IMG/VR virus record: IMGVR_UViG_3300023184_000031
Coordinates: 42,256 to 106,255 of that record
Strand: one strand, 5' to 3'
Length of the DNA: 64,000 nt
DNA from: a virus
Taxonomy: Duplodnaviria > Heunggongvirae > Uroviricota > Caudoviricetes
The notes beneath the pieces are model-generated. The model was not told where the DNA came from. It ran no database searches and saw nothing but the letters and a program-made list of their open reading frames with translations. The translations under genes were made by a program, and so were the position numbers. Position 1 is the stretch's first letter. Every line of letters starts with the position of its first letter. Positions 9,501 to 18,937 of this stretch are shown here, piece by piece.

Positions 9501-10607
9501 ATGTCAAACAAAAACCTATTTAAAGAGGCTATCGCAGATGCAAAAGCAGTTCGCGAAGCAGCGTTAGCAAACGCAAAAGCCGCTCTTGAAGAAGCTCTGA
9601 CTCCGAAACTTCAATCTATGTTAGCTGCAAAGTTAAACGAGATGGATTATGAAGGAGAAGTTGAAGATCTTGAAGAAGACGCAGAAATGGAAGAAGGATT
9701 TGCTACATCTCACGGAGATGATAGCGATGAAAATCTTGATTTCAATTTAGAAGAAAATGATGAATTGGAAGAAGATTTCGATTTATCTGAAATTTTAGCT
9801 GAACTTGATGAAGAAGAATTCAGTGAACCTTACACAGACGAAAAACCTTTTAAAGACATCAAAGGTACTGAAAGAGGCTACGTTAAAGAAGCTAAAGAAG
9901 AAGATGAAGAAGAAGAATCTGAAGAAGGTGAAGAAATGCCTGAAGAAGGTGAAGAAATGCCTGAAGATATTGATTCTTTAAAATCATTAATTCAAAGCCT
10001 TATTGCTCAGGAAATGGGTAACGAAGGTGGAGAAATGCACGATGAACCAGATGCAGATAACGCTGGTGGTCCAAGTGATCACGATGCAGATAATGCAGAT
10101 GATGAAATCAATTTAGATGAATTATTAGCTGAATTAGATGCTTTAGGCGAAAGCGATGAACTCGAAGAGCGTAAAAAATCTAAGCACGAAAAAGGTGAAA
10201 CTAAAGCTCAAGAAAAAGCAGAACATGCTTCAGGAAAAGAGAAAGCAGAGAAATCTGAAATGAAAGAAGCTATCGCTACTATCAACACTCTTCGTCATGA
10301 ATTAAATGAAGTTAACTTATTAAACGCTAAGTTACTTTATGTTAATAAGATCTTTAAAGCAAAGAACTTATCAGAATCACAAAAGTTACAAGTAATTGCG
10401 TCTTTTGACAAAGCAACTACAGCTAAAGAAGCTAAAGTTGTTTTTGAATCATTGAACGCAACATTGACCCCATCAACTGCTAAAAAGCAAATTAAAGAAT
10501 CTATGGGATTCGCTTCAAGAGCAGCTGGTGTTGCACCTAATAAAGCAATCGTTGAATCAAACGATGTTATTACTAGAATGCAAAAACTCGCAAACATTAT
10601 TAAATAA
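9501..10607 (+). CDS. Prohead core scaffold protein (gp22-like)
   Basis: Very acidic, coiled-coil ends, lies between protease and capsid; ends in TRMQKLANIIK. Confidence 0.85.
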   Translation: MSNKNLFKEAIADAKAVREAALANAKAALEEALTPKLQSMLAAKLNEMDYEGEVEDLEEDAEMEEGFATSHGDDSDENLDFNLEENDELEEDFDLSEILAELDEEEFSEPYTDEKPFKDIKGTERGYVKEAKEEDEEEESEEGEEMPEEGEEMPEDIDSLKSLIQSLIAQEMGNEGGEMHDEPDADNAGGPSDHDADNADDEINLDELLAELDALGESDELEERKKSKHEKGETKAQEKAEHASGKEKAEKSEMKEAIATINTLRHELNEVNLLNAKLLYVNKIFKAKNLSESQKLQVIASFDKATTAKEAKVVFESLNATLTPSTAKKQIKESMGFASRAAGVAPNKAIVESNDVITRMQKLANIIK

Positions 10608-10628
10608 AACAAAACAAATTTTAAACAA

Positions 10629-12278
10629 ATGAACATTCAACAACTTTTAGAATCGTCTAATCAGTACAAAGTAATTGCTGATGACGCAAAAAAACTTTCC
10701 CACAAGTGGGGTAAGTCTGGCCTTTTAGAAGGCATTAAAAGCGAAACTGATCGCAACACAATGGCTATGCTATTGGAAAATCAGGCAAAACAATTAGTTA
10801 CAGAAGCTTCTTCAACTGGTACTCAAACTCCAGGTGCTGGTGCTTATTCTGGTGAATCTTGGAACGGCGTTGCTCTTCCATTGGTACGTAGAGTATTTGG
10901 TGAAATCGCTGCTAAAGAATTCGTTAGTGTACAACCAATGAACTTACCTTCAGGTCTTGTATTCTATCTTGATTTCAAATATGGCACTAATATTAATCCA
11001 TTCACTAGTGGCGGTTCTTTGTATGGCGCTAATACTTCTACAAACGTAACTGATATTACTTCAGCTTCATTATATGGTGCTGGTAAATTTGGTTATTCAA
11101 TCAATCAGTATACTCAGTCAAGTATTACTGTAGTAAGTGGTTCTGCTACATGGGCTGATTTTAACTTTGATTCAGATTATTCATCTTCTGCTGCTGCTGG
11201 TCAATATGCTAAAATTCAAGTTCCATTACCTAATGGCTTTGATAAGAATGGTGTAAGAGCCTTTACAATTGTATCAGGTTCTACTATTGCTGCTACAGAT
11301 GTTTTACAAAACTTTACAACTCTTAATGTTGCTCAAACTACAGCTTCATTTTTTGTTACTGGTAGTAAAATTTCTCAAGCTGGTACTGGTTCTTTCGTTT
11401 TGTATTATGATTTTGCTCCTCAAGATTCTGGTAGTGGTCAATTCCGCGGTGATTTTGAAGATGGTGTTACTAAACAACCAGGTAATGCTGCTCCTTCAAC
11501 AATCAATATCCCAGAAATTAACGTTCAGTTAAAATCTGAAGCAATCGTTGCTAAAACTCGTAAGTTAAAAGCACAATGGACACCGGAATTCGCTCAAGAT
11601 CTTAACGCTTACCATAGCGTAGATGCTGAAGCTGAATTAACTGGTATCTTATCTCAATATATTTCAATGGAAATTGATTTAGAATTGTTAGATATGTTGA
11701 TTCAAAACGCATACACTACGGATGCATGGTCTGCAATTAATAACACAACTATTGCTGTTAGTGGTACTGGTACTAGTACAGTTTTATCTAACCCAACAAC
11801 TAATACAGCTGGTTATTACAATACACAAGGTGGTTGGTTCCAAACTTTAGGTACTAAATTACAAAAAGTTTCTAACAAAATCCATCAGTTGACTTTAAGA
11901 GGTGGCGCAAACTTCATGGTTTGTTCTCCTACAGTTGCTACAATTATTGAGTCAATCCCAGGATTTGCTGCTGATGGTACAGGTGAAAAATTAGAGTACA
12001 ACTTCGGTATCCAGAAAGTAGGTAGCTTGAACAGTCGCTACAAGGTTTACAAAAATCCGTATATGACTGAGAACGTTATCTTGATGGGTTACAAAGGATC
12101 TCAATTCTTGGAATGTGGTGCTGTATTTGCTCCATATGTTCCATTAATCATGACTCCATTGTTATACGATCCAAGTACATTCACACCAAGAAAAGGTTTG
12201 ATGACTAGATACGCTAAGAAAATGATCCGTCCTGATTACTATGGTAAGATCTATGTTAGTGGTTTGAATACTATCTAA
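10629..12278 (+). CDS. gp23: Major capsid protein (T4 gp23-like)
   Basis: LPLVRRVF, VQPMNLPSGLVFYLD, AKTRKLKAQWTPEFAQDLNAYH, FAPYVPL and GLMTRYA motifs. Confidence 0.97.
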   Translation: MNIQQLLESSNQYKVIADDAKKLSHKWGKSGLLEGIKSETDRNTMAMLLENQAKQLVTEASSTGTQTPGAGAYSGESWNGVALPLVRRVFGEIAAKEFVSVQPMNLPSGLVFYLDFKYGTNINPFTSGGSLYGANTSTNVTDITSASLYGAGKFGYSINQYTQSSITVVSGSATWADFNFDSDYSSSAAAGQYAKIQVPLPNGFDKNGVRAFTIVSGSTIAATDVLQNFTTLNVAQTTASFFVTGSKISQAGTGSFVLYYDFAPQDSGSGQFRGDFEDGVTKQPGNAAPSTINIPEINVQLKSEAIVAKTRKLKAQWTPEFAQDLNAYHSVDAEAELTGILSQYISMEIDLELLDMLIQNAYTTDAWSAINNTTIAVSGTGTSTVLSNPTTNTAGYYNTQGGWFQTLGTKLQKVSNKIHQLTLRGGANFMVCSPTVATIIESIPGFAADGTGEKLEYNFGIQKVGSLNSRYKVYKNPYMTENVILMGYKGSQFLECGAVFAPYVPLIMTPLLYDPSTFTPRKGLMTRYAKKMIRPDYYGKIYVSGLNTI

Positions 12279-12308
12279 TATTCGTTATAATCTCAGTATT
12301 GTAACTTT

Positions 12309-12338
12309 GAACCCAGGCCCGTAAGCCTGGGTTCTTTT
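12309..12338 (+). terminator. Strong intrinsic terminator after the capsid gene
   Basis: Perfect 10-bp stem GAACCCAGGC/GCCTGGGTTC plus TTTT. Confidence 0.85.
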
Positions 12339-12342
12339 ATTT

Positions 12343-12350
12343 ATATTTAT
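12343..12350 (+). promoter_or_regulatory. ATATTTAT motif
   Basis: Between the terminator and the phoH start. Confidence 0.5.
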
Positions 12351-12367
12351 ATGAAACTAATTTATAT

Positions 12368-13048
12368 ATGTCAAATCAAGAAAAAGAAAGTAAACAACAA
12401 CAGAAGAAAGTTTTTAAAAATGAAATAAAATACCAAATACAATTAAATGATGAACAAAAAGAAGCAAAACGATTAATAATAGATAACCAAATAGTTATAG
12501 TAACTGGTCGAGCAGGATGCGGAAAATCGCTAGTATCAGCTCAAACAGCGCTTGACTTTGTGTTTAAAAAGGAATATGACAATATATTTGTTACGCGAGC
12601 CGCCGTTGAAGTAGGCCACTCATTAGGTTTTTTACCGGGTTCATTAAATGAAAAATTTGACCCCTATTTAGAAGCATTTCAAGAAAATTTAATAAAATGT
12701 TATGATAAAGTTAAAATCGAACAGCTCATCAATGATGAAAAAATTAAAGCGCTACCTGTACAATTTATACGTGGCAAAACTGTGGACGACGTACTTGTGG
12801 TGGAGGAAGCCCAAAATCTCACTAAGGCTGAGATGCTTGCTATTATTACAAGGCTTGGGAAGAATGGTAGGATTATAATTAATGGTGATCTTGAACAGAC
12901 AGATATTAGAAATGCTGGAGATAATGGACTTAGATATATAATAGAACTTAGTAAAAAAATATCAGAAATAAAATATATTAAACTTAAACATAACCATAGA
13001 AGTGATCTTGTAGGTAAAATACTAGAGTACGAATATAGTGGCAAATAA
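12368..13048 (+). CDS. phoH: PhoH-like ATPase
   Basis: GRAGCGKS Walker A, GFLPG, FIRGKT, EEAQN, TRLG and GDLEQTD motifs. Confidence 0.92.
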   Translation: MSNQEKESKQQQKKVFKNEIKYQIQLNDEQKEAKRLIIDNQIVIVTGRAGCGKSLVSAQTALDFVFKKEYDNIFVTRAAVEVGHSLGFLPGSLNEKFDPYLEAFQENLIKCYDKVKIEQLINDEKIKALPVQFIRGKTVDDVLVVEEAQNLTKAEMLAIITRLGKNGRIIINGDLEQTDIRNAGDNGLRYIIELSKKISEIKYIKLKHNHRSDLVGKILEYEYSGK

Positions 13049-13089
13049 TAGTAATTCCAGTATATTTATACATGTTAAATACTATTTAA

Positions 13090-14259
13090 ATGGCTAATAT
13101 ACCAATTTGGAACAATAATCCTGGACCGGTATGGGGTAACACTCCATTTGGTTTCTATGATAATGACTTAGAATTCCAACAAGAAGCGCCATTATTTGCT
13201 ACATGGTGTTCTAGACGTTTAGGTTATCCTGTTGTAGAAATTGAATTACAAGATATAAATTTTTATGCTTGTTTTGAAGAAGCTATTACCACTTATGGTA
13301 ATGAAGTTTATCAATATAAGATTCGTGAAGGATACCTTGCAATGGAAGGTAATATTGTAAATAATGCAATAACCTTTAATAATAAATTAATAACACCCAA
13401 TCTTGGTTCAATTATTCGTATTGCTGAAAATTATGCATCAGAAGCTGGAGTTGGTGGTTATACAACATATTATACAGGATCAATAGAAATGACAGCTAGT
13501 GTTCAAGATTATGATTTAAAAAAATGGGCATTAGATAATGGAATATCAGGCAGTGGTATTGAAATTAAAAAAATATTTTTTGAAGCACCACCAGCAATTG
13601 TTCGTTATTTTGATCCATATGCTGGTACTGGTACTGGCATTCAATCATTATTAGAAACATTTGGATTTGGTCAGATGTCACCTGGTATTAACTTCTTGTT
13701 GATGCCTATCTATTTTGACGTTCAAAAATTACAAGCAATTGAATTGAATGATCAAATTAGAAAATCAGCATTTTCATTTGATTTAGTAAACAATAACTTA
13801 AGAATATTTCCTATACCAGGACGTAATGAACATTTATTTTTTCATTACATCAAACGGGATGAAAGAAATGATGTAACATCAGCAACACCAAATTATGATT
13901 CAGGTTCAAGTATACTAGTAACAAATGTTAGTAATGTACCATATGCTAATCCTATTTTTGGTGAAATTAATTCAGTAGGTAAACAATGGGTTAGACAATA
14001 TGCTTTAGCAGAAGTAAAAGAAACATTAGCATATGTTCGTAAAAAATATGCCACTATTCCTATCCCTGGTGCTGAGGTAACATTAAACGGAGATGATTTA
14101 TTAACAGATGCTAGAGCAGAAAAAGCAGCATTATTAGAACAATTAAGAGCAATGTTAGATATAGCATCACGCAAAACACAACTTGAAAATCAAGCTGCTG
14201 AAGCTGAATCAATGCAAAAAACATTAACTAACGTAGCACTACCAATTTATATATTTTAA
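13090..14259 (+). CDS. Neck protein (gp13-like)
   Basis: RRLGYPVVEIEL; WVRQYALAEVKETL...RKKY..IPIPG.EVTLNG; position after capsid. Confidence 0.85.
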   Translation: MANIPIWNNNPGPVWGNTPFGFYDNDLEFQQEAPLFATWCSRRLGYPVVEIELQDINFYACFEEAITTYGNEVYQYKIREGYLAMEGNIVNNAITFNNKLITPNLGSIIRIAENYASEAGVGGYTTYYTGSIEMTASVQDYDLKKWALDNGISGSGIEIKKIFFEAPPAIVRYFDPYAGTGTGIQSLLETFGFGQMSPGINFLLMPIYFDVQKLQAIELNDQIRKSAFSFDLVNNNLRIFPIPGRNEHLFFHYIKRDERNDVTSATPNYDSGSSILVTNVSNVPYANPIFGEINSVGKQWVRQYALAEVKETLAYVRKKYATIPIPGAEVTLNGDDLLTDARAEKAALLEQLRAMLDIASRKTQLENQAAEAESMQKTLTNVALPIYIF

Positions 14260-14597
14260 TGATTAAATTACAAGACATATTATTAGAAGCTGTTAGTTTA
14301 GATAAAATAGATGTATTAATTAAAACATCTACTGATATAAACAAAGTAGATATATATAATCAAATTAGAGCACTTGCTGGTGTGGTTGTTGTAACTGTAG
14401 AGCAAAGCGAATTTTTAGATAGTAAAGCAACAGATAAATTTGAATATTCATTGTTACATATGAAATATATTGTAACAGCAGATTCTAAAACAGATATTAA
14501 TAAAATTAAAATAAATGCTCTAGTAACAACACGTATACCAGGACTATTACAATTTATTCCAAGATATAAAACAGCACAAAACGTAGGTAAATACTAA
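14259..14597 (+). CDS. Hypothetical protein with MIKLQDILLE leader
   Basis: Coupled ORF; leader shared with the 15266 and 49091 ORFs. Confidence 0.7.
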   Translation: MIKLQDILLEAVSLDKIDVLIKTSTDINKVDIYNQIRALAGVVVVTVEQSEFLDSKATDKFEYSLLHMKYIVTADSKTDINKIKINALVTTRIPGLLQFIPRYKTAQNVGKY

Positions 14598-14602
14598 ATA
14601 AC

Positions 14603-14707
14603 ATGGCTTATTTATATAGACATATAAGATTAGATAAAAATAAACCTTTTTATGTAGGTATAGGGGATAATGACAACAATAATTATAAAAGAGCACACTC
14701 TAAGTAA
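14603..14707 (+). pseudogene. Truncated GIY-YIG-type homing endonuclease remnant (34 aa)
   Basis: Manual translation MAYLYRHIRLDKNKPFYVGIGDNDNNNYKRAHSK-stop: GIY-YIG-like start (YLY...FYVG...R) with no body. Confidence 0.6.
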
Positions 14708-14726
14708 AATATAAAATAAATTTAGT

Positions 14727-15263
14727 ATGAGTCTTTATGGAGGGAACCGTGATGTTAGTCTATTTAGACACTTAAATAGAGAATTGCTGAATAATATTAT
14801 TGAGCAAAAGGTAGGATATTATAAAATTAATTTAGATAAATCTCCATCAAACATGTATGGTGAATCTACTAAAAAAATATATAACGATCCTGTATTATTA
14901 AACTGTTTAATTGAAAGAGGGGATACAGCTCCATTAACAAATGACTTTGGTATGGATGTTACTCGTCCTATGAAATTTCGTTTTTTAAGAGATGATCTAG
15001 CAGGAATAGATTTAAGTACAGATCAACTGGCAGATGGATTAGGATTTACATATAATATAGTACCAGAAGTTGGTGATATTATTTTATGGAATAATGACTA
15101 TTATGAAGCAAATAACGTAAATGAAAACCAATTAGTAGTAGGTAAAGATCCATTATATTCATATTCAACAGACACAGACGGATATGGTAGCTCTTGGTCT
15201 ATAATACTAGAATGTTTCTATATACGTCCAGAAAAAGTAGGTATAACAAAAGAAAGATTATAA
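14727..15263 (+). CDS. Neck / head-completion protein (gp14-like)
   Basis: N(M)YGES...Y.DPV; PEVGDIILWNNDYYE motif; synteny. Confidence 0.75.
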   Translation: MSLYGGNRDVSLFRHLNRELLNNIIEQKVGYYKINLDKSPSNMYGESTKKIYNDPVLLNCLIERGDTAPLTNDFGMDVTRPMKFRFLRDDLAGIDLSTDQLADGLGFTYNIVPEVGDIILWNNDYYEANNVNENQLVVGKDPLYSYSTDTDGYGSSWSIILECFYIRPEKVGITKERL

Positions 15264-15265
15264 CA

Positions 15266-15610
15266 ATGATAAAACTAACTGATTTAATTAAGGAATTAAG
15301 CAAGCCAGAAAATATATATTCTCCTGGAGTAAATCCTGATGAACCCTCTGATGATTTTTTAAAGAAAGGATTCAGAATGAAAGATACAACAACAAATCCT
15401 GAAACAGGAACAACAATATCTAATGTAGAATATTTACCTAATTTTGATAGAATTAAAATGGAAATTGGTAACTTTGCTAAAACATTTAGAACATATAAGT
15501 TTAGCGCTGACCCTGATATTGCATCAGTAGCAACTAAATTAGTTACATCTTTAAACAAAGCAGATCAATTAACTACTGTACTAAAAGAAATGATTAAGAA
15601 CAGAAGATAA
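15266..15610 (+). CDS. Hypothetical protein with MIKLTDLIKE leader
   Basis: Start reassigned from 15194 to ATG 15266, which removes the overlap with the previous gene and gives the shared leader. Confidence 0.7.
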   Translation: MIKLTDLIKELSKPENIYSPGVNPDEPSDDFLKKGFRMKDTTTNPETGTTISNVEYLPNFDRIKMEIGNFAKTFRTYKFSADPDIASVATKLVTSLNKADQLTTVLKEMIKNRR

Positions 15611-16464
15611 TGGCTAGACCACTAAAACCAATACCGAAAAACCAATCAGAGGTAACTCATGAGCTGATTAATCCATATTTGGAAAATGTTCAAGGTAGAC
15701 TTGATAGCGAAACGGTATTTGATCATAATCGCGGTACAGATTATTCTATGAAGAATGATACTGTAAAGGATATTAGTATTGGTTTAGAGGATATTGATAG
15801 TGCTATAATGTATTATTTTACTAATGTAATTAAACCCAACGTATTTCACAACGGAAATCAACTAGAAGTTCCTGTAATATACGGCTCACCTGAAAGATGG
15901 AAATCCGTACAAGTAGACGGCTTTTACCGCGATAATAGTGGCCGTTTAATGGTACCACTTATAATGTTTAAACGTGAAACTGTTGAAAAAGATAGATCAA
16001 TAGGTAATAAATTAGATGGTAATCAAGTACATAATTATCAAGTAGTAGGATCAAAATATAATATTAGAAATGCATATGATCAATTTGATATAATTAACAA
16101 TAGAACACCCTCTGAACAATATTACATAACAACTGTACCTGATTATATAACAGTGACGTATAACTGTATTATATTTACGGATTATGTTGAACAAAACAAC
16201 AAAATAGTAGAGGCAGTTGAATTTGCCTCAGATTCATATTGGGGTGATCCGGCAAGATGGAAGTTTAGAGCAATGATTGATTCTATTGCTACAACAACAA
16301 TGTTAAACGAGAGTGAAGATAGAGCAGCAAAATCATCATTTAATATTAAAGTAAATGGATATATATTACCAAATACAGTTAATAAAGATATGGCCACAGC
16401 ACGTAGTAAATTTTATACTAAGTCACAAGTGGTATTTACAATGGAAACAACAGGAAGTATATAA
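15610..16464 (+). CDS. Tail completion / sheath terminator (gp15-like)
   Basis: VPVIYGSPERW, PLIMFKR, VPDYITVTY and F.IKVNGYI motifs. Confidence 0.85.
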   Translation: MARPLKPIPKNQSEVTHELINPYLENVQGRLDSETVFDHNRGTDYSMKNDTVKDISIGLEDIDSAIMYYFTNVIKPNVFHNGNQLEVPVIYGSPERWKSVQVDGFYRDNSGRLMVPLIMFKRETVEKDRSIGNKLDGNQVHNYQVVGSKYNIRNAYDQFDIINNRTPSEQYYITTVPDYITVTYNCIIFTDYVEQNNKIVEAVEFASDSYWGDPARWKFRAMIDSIATTTMLNESEDRAAKSSFNIKVNGYILPNTVNKDMATARSKFYTKSQVVFTMETTGSI

Positions 16465-16474
16465 ATAAAATAAT

Positions 16475-16840
16475 ATGGCAGCAGGAAAATATTCATTATT
16501 AATAGAACAAGGCACAACATTAAATCTTAGTTTAGCATATAAAGATGCTAATAATGTTCCTATTGATTTAACAGATTATAGTGCTCAAATGCAAATTAAA
16601 AATAATTATGCCGATAGCGCTACAACAACATATTTTTCATTAAGTAGTACATTAGACCCAGATGGTACTGGTATAACACTAGGTGGAGTATCAGGTACAA
16701 TAGGAATATTTATTTCAGCTGTTTCCACATCAGCTGCTAATTTTGATACCGCATACTATGATTTAGAAATAACATCGGGTAGTATTGTAACACGTTTAAT
16801 TGAAGGAACTGTTAAATTAAGTAAAGAAGTAACTAGATAA
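16475..16840 (+). CDS. Small virion beta-sandwich-like protein
   Basis: IEQGTT...PIDLTDYSAQMQIK...YYDLEI...RLIEG pattern typical of phage fibre-adaptor proteins. Confidence 0.6.
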   Translation: MAAGKYSLLIEQGTTLNLSLAYKDANNVPIDLTDYSAQMQIKNNYADSATTTYFSLSSTLDPDGTGITLGGVSGTIGIFISAVSTSAANFDTAYYDLEITSGSIVTRLIEGTVKLSKEVTR

Positions 16841-17955
16841 TGTCTAATAATCAAGTACATATATTAAATTTTAATCACAATAATGTAAATGTTGTTCCGG
16901 AGAACAATTTGATTATTATTACAGACAATAATCTAAATAAACCATATCCTTCTATTAATATACCTCAACCGGTAACTAAAATATTACAGATTAATACTCC
17001 TGGACCACAAGGCCCAGCTGGAACTGGAGGTGGTGGTAGTATAGATACTGGATCATTTGCAACAACAGGCTCAAATACATTTACGAGTAATCAAATAGTA
17101 AGTGGCTCAATAACAACTAATAATAATATAATAATAAAACACTATCCTGGAGGATTTATTCATGCAACAGAAGATTACCAGCCGGGAAGTATAGGAACAA
17201 TACTTTATACTAGTGTAGGAGCTCAAACGGGAAATACTTTTGTTGAACTTGCAGTAAGACAAGGTGGGGGAACATTATCTTCTGGAGTATTAGCATTAAA
17301 TGCAAATGGTGGTGGTTCTGTTACTATTGGAAAATCAACAGCAACACCTGATTCTGTTTTAGATATAAATGGAAATACAGTATTATCGGGTTCACTAACA
17401 ATATCAGGTTCATTAAAACAGAACGGATACGAAGTAAAGCCATACAAAGCATATACAGCTTTATTAACACAAAATGGTGGAGATACCCCTCAGGATTGGG
17501 ATAGTGGATCAGGACCATTAATATTAGGTTATACTTATCAAATAAATAGTAATGATGGAGGAACTGCTGACTTTACAAACATTGGAGCTCCTAACAATGA
17601 AGTCGGAACTTATTTTGTAGCTACAGGAACTATCCCTAATAGTTGGGGAGTTAGTAATAATGGTGGTTTATCAGGTAATGGAGGAGCTCCAGTAGCAACA
17701 GTTCTTGAGAATACTCTTGGAAATATATGGTTTACATTTAATAATGCTGATGGAGAATATCAAATAAAATCAAATGGTTTATTTATAAATAATAAAACAT
17801 GGATAATTTGTCCAGCAAGTACGGGTCAAGGAAATACAAATATACTTGGAGTTACCAATGTAAATACTATAGAGTTGGCAACAAGTAATAATTCAGATAT
17901 TTTGGTTAATACTTTATTAGACAACACATCAATAGAAATACGTGTCTACAATTAA
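16840..17955 (+). CDS. Fibre-like structural protein
   Basis: GPQGPAG collagen triplets, GSFATTGSN module, G/T/N-rich body, C-terminal IEIRVYN. Confidence 0.65.
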   Translation: MSNNQVHILNFNHNNVNVVPENNLIIITDNNLNKPYPSINIPQPVTKILQINTPGPQGPAGTGGGGSIDTGSFATTGSNTFTSNQIVSGSITTNNNIIIKHYPGGFIHATEDYQPGSIGTILYTSVGAQTGNTFVELAVRQGGGTLSSGVLALNANGGGSVTIGKSTATPDSVLDINGNTVLSGSLTISGSLKQNGYEVKPYKAYTALLTQNGGDTPQDWDSGSGPLILGYTYQINSNDGGTADFTNIGAPNNEVGTYFVATGTIPNSWGVSNNGGLSGNGGAPVATVLENTLGNIWFTFNNADGEYQIKSNGLFINNKTWIICPASTGQGNTNILGVTNVNTIELATSNNSDILVNTLLDNTSIEIRVYN

Positions 17956-17963
17956 AATAAGTT

Positions 17964-18356
17964 ATGTTACAAGCTACACAAATAACATGGGATCAAGCCC
18001 ATAATTTATGGAATGACTATAAATTAGGTGATTTATATACAAAATATCTTCTAGATACATACGGTATAACAGTAGAAGCAGGTGGTAGAGTTATATGGGA
18101 TCATGTATTAAATGTTATTGAAGTTACTATTACTCCCGGTGGCGCTCCTCTACAGGATGGTGTTATTGGAGGAAAAACAAAAGTAGCACGGAAGAAAATC
18201 AAGCTGATATTTATAATGGGCGATGTACACACTACTCAAACAAAAGAAGTAAAAGATATTATCGCACCACAGATCATATCTGATATACAAAATAAAATAT
18301 CAGAACAGTTACAAACAAAAATATCATTAAGCGATGTACAAATTATTAAAGGATAA
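17964..18356 (+). CDS. Hypothetical protein
   Basis: 130-aa ORF in the fibre cluster. Confidence 0.6.
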   Translation: MLQATQITWDQAHNLWNDYKLGDLYTKYLLDTYGITVEAGGRVIWDHVLNVIEVTITPGGAPLQDGVIGGKTKVARKKIKLIFIMGDVHTTQTKEVKDIIAPQIISDIQNKISEQLQTKISLSDVQIIKG

Positions 18357-18924
18357 GAATAACGAATTTCATTGTGAGATTAAATTAGAAGGAGCTAGCA
18401 TTAATAATGCTACAGCACGTTTATTTCTAGAAGCAGATGGCGCTGAATACTCATTCAAAGGTGAGATTGATGGTAATAAGTGTACAATACCAATGGGTAA
18501 ACTGAAAAAGTTTGCTAATCTATTAGAGAATGGAAAAATACGCTTAGAAGTTTTGGCTGACGATACTTTGTTCGTACCTTATGAGAGTAATTATGTATTG
18601 GAAGCAGAGAAAAGTGTTACGGTAGAGGTAAAACAACAAGCAGAAGCGCCTAAAAAACCAATGATGGAAGTTAAGGTGCAAGAGGTTGCTCCTACACCAC
18701 AACCTAAGGTTGAAGTTAAACCCCAACCTAAACCAGTAATGAAAAAATCAAAAGATCCATTAAACGAAATAATAAGCTATTTTGCTTTTAAAACAAATTT
18801 CGATGGATCTCCAAAGAGTTTTCATACATTGATAAAGAATCAACAACATAAAAACTTCTTCAATAGTATTTGTGAAGTAAATGGCTTAGATAAAGTATCG
18901 GTTATAAAGCAAATATTAAAGTAA
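18334..18924 (+). CDS. Hypothetical protein
   Basis: 196 aa; beta-rich N-terminus, Pro/Lys linker. Confidence 0.6.
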   Translation: MYKLLKDKNNEFHCEIKLEGASINNATARLFLEADGAEYSFKGEIDGNKCTIPMGKLKKFANLLENGKIRLEVLADDTLFVPYESNYVLEAEKSVTVEVKQQAEAPKKPMMEVKVQEVAPTPQPKVEVKPQPKPVMKKSKDPLNEIISYFAFKTNFDGSPKSFHTLIKNQQHKNFFNSICEVNGLDKVSVIKQILK

Positions 18925-18937
18925 GTTATGAATTATT

